Source: Deltaproteobacteria bacterium | GTDB taxonomy: Bacteria; JAGRBM01; JAHCIT01 | NCBI GenBank assembly: GCA_026129095.1 | Contig: JAHCIT010000013.1 | Coordinates: forward strand, 44,887 to 64,886 | DNA length: 20,000 nucleotides | Direction: 5' to 3' | Made by a program: the position numbers and the translations under genes | The notes under the pieces: generated by a model | Told to the model about the DNA's origin: nothing | The model's database searches: none | What the model saw: only the letters and a program-made list of their open reading frames with translations | Part shown: piece by piece, positions 8,973 through 16,417 of the stretch | Layout: each line of letters starts with the position of its first letter | Numbering within the stretch: position 1 is the stretch's first letter

Positions 8973-9803
8973 TTACTTTCCCTGGAACACGGGCTGACGT
9001 TTTTCGATAAAGGCCCGCTGGCCCTCGCGCAGATCCTCTGACAGGAAACAGGCGATCCGGATCTGCTTGAGTTCCTGTTCCCTGGCGGCGTCCAGCGGAG
9101 GAGCGTCCAGCAGGTAGCGGATCGTCTTTTTCATCCCGCGGACGGCAAGTGGGGCGTTGGCCGCAATCCGCTGAATGAGTGTTTCTGCGGCCGCGTCCAG
9201 GTTGCTCCGGTCCGCAATCCGGCTGACGAGTCCCAGCCGGAGTGCCTCCTCCATCGTGACCGGTTCGCCAGCCAGGAACAGCATGCGCGTAGCTCCCGCG
9301 CCGATCAGGTCAATGAACTTCTTGATACCCCGAGGATGATAACAGATGCCCAGTCGTGCGGGCGGCATCGAGAACTTCCCGTGCGAGGCAGCCAGGCGAA
9401 AGTCGCAGGTGACGGCCAGTTCCGCTCCCGCTCCATAGGCATGGCCGTTCAGGATAGCGACTGTCGGGAGGGGAAACTCCTCGACCCTATCCAGCATCCT
9501 TAGCAGTTCGTTGGCTTCGATGTCGTTCGAATCCTTGCGGACGCCATGGCTATCGCCGGGGCGGGCGCCTCCGGTCGGGATCGCGGCAATGTCATAGCCG
9601 GAGCAGAACGCTTCGTCACCGGCCCCGCGGAATATCACGACCCGGACGTCATTATTCTTCTGAACGTCATCCAGAACTTTCGAGACAGCCACTGCCATCT
9701 CCGCATCCAGGGAGTTCCGTTTGGCGGGATTGGTGAGCTGGATTCGGGTTACAGGGCCGGTCTCGACGAGCACCTTGCCGCTGGCGAGCGATTGGGTAGC
9801 CAT
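8973..9803 (-). CDS. Enoyl-CoA hydratase/isomerase (crotonase) family protein, about 276 aa
   Basis: NPAKRNSL, AFCSGYDI oxyanion loop, NGHAYGAGAELAVTCDFR, EALRLGLV, NAPLAVRGMK, SEDLREG..AF.EKRQPVFQGK. ATG 9803 preferred over 9830. Confidence 0.9.
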   Translation of the reverse strand: MATQSLASGKVLVETGPVTRIQLTNPAKRNSLDAEMAVAVSKVLDDVQKNNDVRVVIFRGAGDEAFCSGYDIAAIPTGGARPGDSHGVRKDSNDIEANELLRMLDRVEEFPLPTVAILNGHAYGAGAELAVTCDFRLAASHGKFSMPPARLGICYHPRGIKKFIDLIGAGATRMLFLAGEPVTMEEALRLGLVSRIADRSNLDAAAETLIQRIAANAPLAVRGMKKTIRYLLDAPPLDAAREQELKQIRIACFLSEDLREGQRAFIEKRQPVFQGK

Positions 9804-9949
9804 TACCTGTGAGCTTGGCCAATCGGGCACAGAGGCTCAAGGGCCGCAAACACCCTGTTCCTATGCCATGTCTGCCCGGCTTGCCTCATTTAGACCGTGC
9901 GGTAGGGTTTGGCTGGGGAAACGGAAGCGGGCAGGAGGTTGATGCAGAC

Positions 9950-11176
9950 ATGGCGAAGAAGGCTCAGGGCAGCACGAAGAAGACCACGGCAAAAAGCAGT
10001 TCCCGCACGGCGGCATCGTCAAGGCGGGTGGCGTCCGGCGTCCCTGCCGAAACACCCATCGACAGGCGGCTTGCGCTGGTGAATGGAGCGGGTGGTTTTC
10101 TGGGACTTAATGTGGTGCGGGAGCTGGTCCGCCAGGGCTGGCATGTGCGGGCAAGTGACCTGCCGCAGGTCAGAATCGACCATCTCTCCCGTGATTTCGG
10201 CGTGGAAACGCAGCCGGCGGACCTTTTGGACCTTGAGCAGTGCCGTGCACTCGTGAATGGAGTCACCCACGTCTTCAATCTCGCGGGACTGTTCAACTTC
10301 GCCGCCAGCCGTGAGCAGCTTTTCAATGCCAACGTGAAGGCAACCGAAATGATGTGCCGTGCCGCTTCCGGGACAAAACTGGAGCGTTTCGTGCATGTGG
10401 CGACCATCGGTGTCTATGGAAGAATGGGCCGCCGCGCAGCGGATGAGAGCTGGCCGCACCGGCCGAAGAATCCCTATGAGGCGACCAAGGAACAGGGAGA
10501 GGCTGTGGCGTTTCACTATGCACGCACCCGCGGACTCCCGGTGGTATCGCTCCGGCCGACCGTGATCTATGGGCCGCGTTCCCGCTACGGCGTTGTCACG
10601 TTCCTGTCGGCTATTGCCATGCTGCGGTTTTTCGGCATCCGGAAGGCTCCGGCTATCCCTGGAGGGCCGAAACTCTCACATGTGCACGTCGAGGATGTCG
10701 CCCGCGCGCTGGTGCATATTGCCACCCATGGCAAGGTGGGCGAGGCCTACAACTGCGCCGACGATACCCCGCAGGCGTGGGGTGATCTGGCCACTTTCAT
10801 GGCTGGCGAGTTCGGCATCGAACCGGCTGATGAATACCATGTACCGGACCCGGTTTTTCACCTGCTGGGCCGGGTGGCGCCATACGTGCCGAAATCATGG
10901 CTTGCCGGCCGGCAGAAGCAGATTGACCAGCAGTGGCAGAAGCTGGTGGAAGCCGGCGTGAAGGATTTCCTGAAACCCACGCTCGACATGGATTTTCTTG
11001 GTTACCTCCGGTCGAACCATATCCTCGACACCGGGAAGCTGAAGAACACCGGCTTCAGGTTGAACTATCCGCGCACGGTCGATGGCCTGCGTCAGACGAT
11101 CGAGTGGTACCGGGAGGCGGGCTGGCTGCCGAGGCTGGACCAGTTCCACCAGTCCGGCAGCCGGGCTACGGCCTGA
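9950..11176 (+). CDS. NAD-dependent epimerase/dehydratase (extended SDR, 3-beta-HSD-like), about 408 aa
   Basis: GAGGFLG nucleotide-binding motif, YEATK (YxxxK), LRPTVIYGP, VHVEDVARA. AGGAGG SD at 9933-9938 before ATG 9950. Confidence 0.88.
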   Translation: MAKKAQGSTKKTTAKSSSRTAASSRRVASGVPAETPIDRRLALVNGAGGFLGLNVVRELVRQGWHVRASDLPQVRIDHLSRDFGVETQPADLLDLEQCRALVNGVTHVFNLAGLFNFAASREQLFNANVKATEMMCRAASGTKLERFVHVATIGVYGRMGRRAADESWPHRPKNPYEATKEQGEAVAFHYARTRGLPVVSLRPTVIYGPRSRYGVVTFLSAIAMLRFFGIRKAPAIPGGPKLSHVHVEDVARALVHIATHGKVGEAYNCADDTPQAWGDLATFMAGEFGIEPADEYHVPDPVFHLLGRVAPYVPKSWLAGRQKQIDQQWQKLVEAGVKDFLKPTLDMDFLGYLRSNHILDTGKLKNTGFRLNYPRTVDGLRQTIEWYREAGWLPRLDQFHQSGSRATA

Positions 11177-11187
11177 CACCTGCACGA

Positions 11188-11574
11188 ATGAAAACCGACA
11201 CGGTATTCGTGGACGCCACGCGCGTGGTGACGGATGCGGGCCGCATCTCGCTGTTTTTGTGGGTGGATGTCATGCGCGGAGACGGTGGTGAGGTGCTGAC
11301 CGGCGAGCCGGCGAGGCTATGGGTCGAGCTGGAATGGGAAAAGACCGGTGGCGAGGCGGAATCTCTCCGAATGTACGAGGAGGCAGTTCCTGCCGAGTGG
11401 CTCACCGGTTCCGCGCCTGACCGGAGGCTCAAGGCCAGAGTCCGGGCGCTGTTCGAGGAAGGCCGGGACCGGATGTACGCCGTGGGTGCCGGCGGGACGA
11501 TGGCATGGGCCCGTGACTGGATGAAGTCGGGCCGGCCGGCCGGGAAAACTCCTAGTTCAGGAACGGCAGAATAG
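11188..11574 (+). CDS. Hypothetical protein, 128 aa
   Basis: ATG lies 11 nt after the SDR stop, fills an otherwise empty gap and has protein-like composition. No recognisable motif. The 3' end overlaps the convergent gene by 23 nt. Confidence 0.55.
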   Translation: MKTDTVFVDATRVVTDAGRISLFLWVDVMRGDGGEVLTGEPARLWVELEWEKTGGEAESLRMYEEAVPAEWLTGSAPDRRLKARVRALFEEGRDRMYAVGAGGTMAWARDWMKSGRPAGKTPSSGTAE

Positions 11575-12778
11575 GCATGCCGGTCTTGGGATCAGTATCG
11601 AGCAGGACGGCTTCCAGATAGAAAACGAGATCCAGCCAGTAGAACAGGCAGTAGGCTCCTGCCACCAGGAACAGGATGAAGCTGGGCCAGAAAACGGCCT
11701 TGCCGCAGGGTTTTGCAGCGGCTCCGGGCCATATCCAGTTGCCGATGAAGACCCCAATCGCCGTCATCAGGTAGCTGGCAATGACGAGCCGGGGCTCGCG
11801 GCCCGAGATGTTGACCATGGACTCGACATCTCCGGTACCGAAGGTAAGCCAAGCGGTGACACCGAAAAGGATGGCGAAAAGCGGCAGCAGCCAGAGCGCC
11901 GTTGAACCGGCAGAACGCGCCAGTTCCTTCCACGGGGCGGGGGCCGGAGCGAGCCAAACCAGCGTAATGGCGGAGAGCGCGAGCAGCAGGAACGATCCCA
12001 GCAGTGCCTGATAGCGGGCGACGTAGAGATGGGCTTTCACCCGCTGGGCGGGGCTGGGGGGCGGGACGCCCAGTTTTTCGCCAAGCGCGGTAGCAGCATC
12101 ATAGTAGGCGGCCGACTGGGAGTAGCGGTTTCGCGTAAACTCCAGATCGCCCAGACCTTTCAGTGCAAACGCCGCCGACAGGGTGCCGGGATAACGGTCA
12201 AACACCATCCGGTACAAACGGCGTGAATCATCGAAACGGTTCTGACGGAACGCATTCTTGGCAAGGAAAAAGAGATATTCGGGCGAACGCGGATAGCCGG
12301 GATTGGCCTCGGTAAGCCTGAGCATTTCCTGCTCGAATGCTTCCTCACCGATGTCCTTCCGGGTGTCGAGGAGTTTCTGGAACTCCTTGTAGGTTGCCGC
12401 CCATTTACCCTCGAACGGAAGCAGTGAGGGGAGCCGCCGCTCCACGCGGGCCGCTGCACGGCTGTCATGATAGCGGGAGACGACCAGCCGGTATATTTCG
12501 AGTGCGCCGTCCACATCGTGAAGTTGCTGGTCACGGATGAAACCACACTGAAACAGCGCGCTCGGCGCTGACGGGCTGGCGGGGTATTTGTTCGCCACTT
12601 CCAGATAGATCCGGCAGGCTTCATCGAGATTCCCCGCCGTCTCAGCCTTCTGGCCCTCGACGAACAGGATCTCGCCAGGTTCCTCCGGCGCAGATGCCTC
12701 GCCGGTAGCAAGTACGGCCAGAGGCATCAGGCCGCAACCATATGCAGCAACCAGAAGGAGACCCCGCCAGCGGGCCAC
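11552..12778 (-). CDS. TPR-repeat protein with an N-terminal signal peptide and about 4 C-terminal TM helices (hypothetical)
   Basis: Hydrophobic N-terminus ending AVLA. CpoB/BamD-style helical repeats (YPASPSAPSALF, NPGYPRSPEYLF, YPGTLSAAFALK). The last ~150 aa contain four hydrophobic stretches. GTG lies 2 nt after the upstream stop. Confidence 0.8.
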   Translation of the reverse strand: MARWRGLLLVAAYGCGLMPLAVLATGEASAPEEPGEILFVEGQKAETAGNLDEACRIYLEVANKYPASPSAPSALFQCGFIRDQQLHDVDGALEIYRLVVSRYHDSRAAARVERRLPSLLPFEGKWAATYKEFQKLLDTRKDIGEEAFEQEMLRLTEANPGYPRSPEYLFFLAKNAFRQNRFDDSRRLYRMVFDRYPGTLSAAFALKGLGDLEFTRNRYSQSAAYYDAATALGEKLGVPPPSPAQRVKAHLYVARYQALLGSFLLLALSAITLVWLAPAPAPWKELARSAGSTALWLLPLFAILFGVTAWLTFGTGDVESMVNISGREPRLVIASYLMTAIGVFIGNWIWPGAAAKPCGKAVFWPSFILFLVAGAYCLFYWLDLVFYLEAVLLDTDPKTGMPILPFLN

Positions 12779-12780
12779 GG

Positions 12781-13851
12781 CTATTTCTTTCCTGCCGGCC
12801 TGACGGGCGGTGTCGTAACCGCCGGTGCGGTGCCGATCTGTTGCACTTCCATCCGGACGCGGTGCTGTGTGTCATAGGTATAGTGGTGCGGTGCAGGGAT
12901 GGTCAGAACGCCGTTATAGTAGAGTTCAGCCTTGAGAGGGACCGAAAGTTCACGATCAATCCAGATTGTGCCCTCATAGTTTCGCACCGTGATGCCGGGG
13001 TTTTCTCCGGTATAGTGAGAGGGGCCCGTCTTGTACTGGTCTACGGTCCTGCCCAGCCATTCTCCCACCCCTGCGAGCTCGTAGCCGATGGCCTGCCGGG
13101 TTTCGTTGACCCACCGGCGGAGAAGGTCATGGGAAAGCAGATCGAGTTGCCCTGAAGTGATGGAATTCAGAAGCTGCTGGTCTTCCTCAGGTGACTGCTC
13201 GTTGATGTCAGCGGCCTGCTTGTCGCCAGGCCGCTGAAGGAGCGGCCGGTTCCCGATCAGCCAGAACTGGCTCTTGTAAAGCGGCTTGTGGAAGGTCTGG
13301 GCGGGACTATCGGTATCGACGTTGTAACTGGCGTGCCAGTCTCCGTTCGAAGCCTTGGTGAAACGCACGGCACCCTTGCTGTATACCTTGCCCAGCTTCG
13401 GCTCCGAACTTTTCATCTCGAAACTGAAATCGACCACGAAGGACGGCAGGTTGTCGAAAGTCCGCCGGAACGGCTGGTTAACGGCAGCGATGACCGACGA
13501 CAATGTTTCGGGAAGCTTCTCAGGGACTTCTTCTTCCTGCCGGCGTCCCTGGTGCATGGTCATCGGTTCGAGTGTCACGCCCTGCATCTCGGGCTCCACC
13601 TCACCCTCTGCATAGAGCTGCCCGGATTCCATGCGCTGTTCTTCCACCCATGCACGGGCCTTCTTGACGTGGTCCACTTCCGCACCCCGTTGCGGTGGTG
13701 CCGACGGGATGAGGCCATCCGGAAGTTCCGAACGGGTAGTGAGGTACAGAAGATAAATGCTGACCACGACCGCAATGGCCAGCGCCGCCATGACAAAGCG
13801 GCGAACATTGTCCGCTTTCGGGACTGGTGGACTGGATGGAGGCTCAGTCAC
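12781..13851 (-). CDS. Single-pass membrane-anchored protein with a beta-rich soluble domain (hypothetical), about 356 aa
   Basis: GTG 13851 overlaps the TGA of the upstream peptide (GTGA). RR followed by TM helix FVMAALAIAVVVSIYLLYL; C-terminal alternating beta-strand pattern (GTIWIDRELSVPLKAEL). Confidence 0.75.
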   Translation of the reverse strand: MTEPPSSPPVPKADNVRRFVMAALAIAVVVSIYLLYLTTRSELPDGLIPSAPPQRGAEVDHVKKARAWVEEQRMESGQLYAEGEVEPEMQGVTLEPMTMHQGRRQEEEVPEKLPETLSSVIAAVNQPFRRTFDNLPSFVVDFSFEMKSSEPKLGKVYSKGAVRFTKASNGDWHASYNVDTDSPAQTFHKPLYKSQFWLIGNRPLLQRPGDKQAADINEQSPEEDQQLLNSITSGQLDLLSHDLLRRWVNETRQAIGYELAGVGEWLGRTVDQYKTGPSHYTGENPGITVRNYEGTIWIDRELSVPLKAELYYNGVLTIPAPHHYTYDTQHRVRMEVQQIGTAPAVTTPPVRPAGKK

Positions 13852-14087
13852 GATGCCGCTTCCGTCCCGGACTGGCCCGGCATGGGCTCGCCGTGGCCTG
13901 GTTTCACACGGCTTCGCAGGTAAGCCGAGATGACCGGTATCGCTACCATGAGAAAACCCGAAAAGATCACAAGCGGTGTGAGATCGGCACCGATCGAAGA
14001 CGAGTTCGGGTTGTAGCCGAACTTCACTTCGAGCACCCGTCCGCGCCGCCGTTTCCACGGCAGTATCCATTTGCTCCAGAACGACAT
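13848..14087 (-). CDS. 79-aa membrane-anchored peptide with a VKFGYNPNSSSIG motif; candidate rSAM substrate
   Basis: GGAG SD upstream of ATG 14087 and an in-frame stop 7 codons upstream. Its stop is coupled to the next start. Layout: basic patch, polar motif, one TM helix (about L39-L57), polar tail. Confidence 0.75.
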   Translation of the reverse strand: MSFWSKWILPWKRRRGRVLEVKFGYNPNSSSIGADLTPLVIFSGFLMVAIPVISAYLRSRVKPGHGEPMPGQSGTEAAS

Positions 14088-14261
14088 CCTGCAAGTCTCC
14101 GGTCGTTATCCAGCAGTCGAAGCTCCACCATAGCACCGGCGCGGCTGGCGCGGGAAGGGGAGATTATCCCGGACACCCTTCGCCATTATTGTCCAGTTAA
14201 TGAGTTCTCGCCGTTACAGGGCAGATTGGATATATTTGGCTGAACAGGGCAGCATTTCCGG

Positions 14262-15455
14262 ATGGATACCAAGGCGGGCTGGCGATACCGGTACGAGCCG
14301 TTCGGCGGGATTATCTCCGTCGAGGAGCCGCCGCTCCTCATGCTGGTGGACCAGGACTACCTGCGCGAGCGGGGCGTGGCGGAAAGCCCGGCGTGGAGTG
14401 AGCCCTGGGACGGCCAGCTTTCGGCGCCGACAGAAGTGCATCTGGCGCTCACCAACTATTGCGCTGCCGGCTGCACGGCTTGCTACATGGACTCGCGGCC
14501 GACTGACCGGCTGGAGACCGAACGGAAGGATTATGAACTGGCCCTGGGCCGGATCCGTACTCTGGCTGGAATGGGTGTATTCCATGTGGCGCTGGGCGGC
14601 GGAGAGACGCTGGAAGTGCCGTGGCTGTTTGATCTCGCCGCCGAGATGAGAAAGCTCGGCATGGTACCGAACATCACGACGAGTGGCCTGGGCATGACGG
14701 AGGAGAAAGCCCGCCGTTGCCGGATATTCGGGCAGGTGAACGTGTCGGTGGATGATCTGGGCGAGCGTTACCGCGAAAGCCGCGGATACCAGGGGTTCGA
14801 GGCGGCTGAGAAAGCAATCGGCTTGCTGCAAAGAGAGGGCATCCCGGTTGGCATCAACTGCGTCATCTCCCGCAAGAACATCGGCCACCTGGATGAGATA
14901 TTCGCCTGGGTGAAGCGGAATAAACTTCTGGAGATCGAGCTGCTGCGCTTCAAGCCGGCGGGACGTGGCGCCGAACACTATGGGGAGTTCTGCCTCACGG
15001 CGGAGCAGGCGGAAAACTTCTTCCCGCAGGTAAAAACACTCACGCGCAAGCACCGGATCCGGGTAAAACTCGACTGCTCGTTCGGGCCGTTCGTCTACTT
15101 CCACAAGCCAGACCGGGAGACCGTGCGGTTTTTCTCCATCCGGGGCTGCGAGGGGGGCAACTGGCTCGCCGCCGTCCACCCCGATGGCCGGGCGGCCCCA
15201 TGCAGTTTCGCCTGGGATGAAAGTGTTCCGGTGGCTGATCTGCCCTCGAAATGGAAAGACCCGTCGGCCTTTGCCAACTTCAAGGCATGGTGGACAAACC
15301 CGCCTGAGCCCTGCGCCTCGTGCGACTATCTGGACCTTTGCCATGGTGGATGCCATGCGGTGTCGAAACACACGAACGGCAGTTTCCAGGCACTCGATCC
15401 CGAGTGTCCTTCGGTGCGGCGCTACCGGGCGGGACTGGAGGGGAAGCAGGGATGA
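14262..15455 (+). CDS. Radical SAM/SPASM-domain protein (PqqE/MftC/anSME-like architecture)
   Basis: CAAGCTAC (C67/C71/C74, nt 14460-14483), LGGGE, TTSG, VSVD. SPASM cysteines C296-x17-C314 and C351xxC354-x5-C360xxxC364-x17-C382, plus C272. Confidence 0.95.
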   Translation: MDTKAGWRYRYEPFGGIISVEEPPLLMLVDQDYLRERGVAESPAWSEPWDGQLSAPTEVHLALTNYCAAGCTACYMDSRPTDRLETERKDYELALGRIRTLAGMGVFHVALGGGETLEVPWLFDLAAEMRKLGMVPNITTSGLGMTEEKARRCRIFGQVNVSVDDLGERYRESRGYQGFEAAEKAIGLLQREGIPVGINCVISRKNIGHLDEIFAWVKRNKLLEIELLRFKPAGRGAEHYGEFCLTAEQAENFFPQVKTLTRKHRIRVKLDCSFGPFVYFHKPDRETVRFFSIRGCEGGNWLAAVHPDGRAAPCSFAWDESVPVADLPSKWKDPSAFANFKAWWTNPPEPCASCDYLDLCHGGCHAVSKHTNGSFQALDPECPSVRRYRAGLEGKQG

Positions 15456-15928
15456 GCCAGATTGTTTTTGAATCGTCGGCGCGTCTGCTCACGCTGCTGC
15501 ACGGTCTTGCCGGAATCGCGCTTACTGGCGCACTTACCCACGGGGCGGTTTTCATCTGGAAAGGAAACCGCACCGGGGCGGCGGGCTACTACCGGCGGGC
15601 GGAGAAGTTCTGGCCCGTCATTCACATATCGCTCTTTGCTTCCATGCTGCTGGGGTTCATTGCCTACCCGACCTACCGGATCCGTACCCGCGCCGAGTTC
15701 CTCGACGCCCACTATCCGCTGGTGGTGGACCTGTTCGATCTCAAGGAAAACTACGCCTCGATCGTTTTCGTGCTGGTGTTCGGGGCCTGGCTCCTCCGTC
15801 ACGCACCGCTCAAAAGCCAGGCGCGGCAGCTTCTGCACGACAACTTCTACTACGCGGCCACGGCCCTTACCTGGCTTATTGCCGTGCTGGGGCTATGGGT
15901 GACGCTGCACCGGGGGATCGGTACATGA
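15452..15928 (+). CDS. Integral membrane protein, about 4 TM, 158 aa (hypothetical)
   Basis: ATGA overlap with the rSAM stop; four hydrophobic helices; YPTYR..RAEFLD..P...LFDLKEN loop. Confidence 0.8.
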   Translation: MSQIVFESSARLLTLLHGLAGIALTGALTHGAVFIWKGNRTGAAGYYRRAEKFWPVIHISLFASMLLGFIAYPTYRIRTRAEFLDAHYPLVVDLFDLKENYASIVFVLVFGAWLLRHAPLKSQARQLLHDNFYYAATALTWLIAVLGLWVTLHRGIGT

Positions 15929-16299
15929 GTGAAGCTCCAGAAAACAGTACGAAAGGCACCGGCGTGGCTGCTGCCGCGATTCTGGTGAGCACCTTTGGGC
16001 TCATGTTCGCGCTTCTGGCGATTCTTCCTGTCAAGGTGCCCGCCTACATCCCGCTGGAACACCGCTGGCAGTGGGGGATGCCCGATCCTCCGCTCATCGG
16101 GATGGACTACTACGGCCGGACCATCGTCGCGCTGGTTGTGGCGGTCGTCGCTTCCGGCATCGCCTGGATCATCGCCGGTCCCGTTGCCAGATGGAAACCG
16201 GCTGAAAACTCCCAGGGGGTGAAGATGCTCGCTATCTACGCCTTCACAGGGACGGCGCTGTCGGTGTTCATCTACTGCTATACGCTCGTATTCAAGTGA
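15925..16299 (+). CDS. Integral membrane protein, about 3 TM, 124 aa (hypothetical)
   Basis: ATGA overlap with the previous stop; three hydrophobic helices; aromatic loop YIPLEHRWQW...GMDYYGR. Confidence 0.8.
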   Translation: MSEAPENSTKGTGVAAAAILVSTFGLMFALLAILPVKVPAYIPLEHRWQWGMPDPPLIGMDYYGRTIVALVVAVVASGIAWIIAGPVARWKPAENSQGVKMLAIYAFTGTALSVFIYCYTLVFK

Positions 16300-16417
16300 T
16301 CTGTGCCGGGAGTCTTGCTCCCCATTGACTCTCCGGTCGATTTTGGCTCGACTGGCCGTTCCGGGTGGAGCATTGTGGCCCCCGGCTATCTCCAGGGGAG
16401 TTCAAAGGTAACAGCAT

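Noticed and set aside
14067-14081. FWSKW in the peptide recalls the W-S-K crosslink motif of darobactin
   Set aside because: Only three residues match, and they lie at the extreme N-terminus rather than in a C-terminal core. No Dar-type transporter is present, so this is probably chance.
13852-14136. 95-aa N-terminal extension of the 451-aa track ORF (12781..14136)
   Set aside because: It overlaps the better-supported 79-aa peptide gene. The GTGA coupling at 13851 and the position of the TM anchor indicate the later start.
14200-14240. TATATT at 14231-14236 as the rSAM -10 box
   Set aside because: Plausible, but the -35 (TCGCCG at 17 nt) is weak, so it is not supportable without TSS data.
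14262-15455. Assignment of the rSAM as PqqE, MftC, NirJ/Ahb or anSME
   Set aside because: None of the diagnostic neighbours (pqqA-D, mftAB, heme biosynthesis genes, sulfatase) is in the window, so no gene symbol is given.
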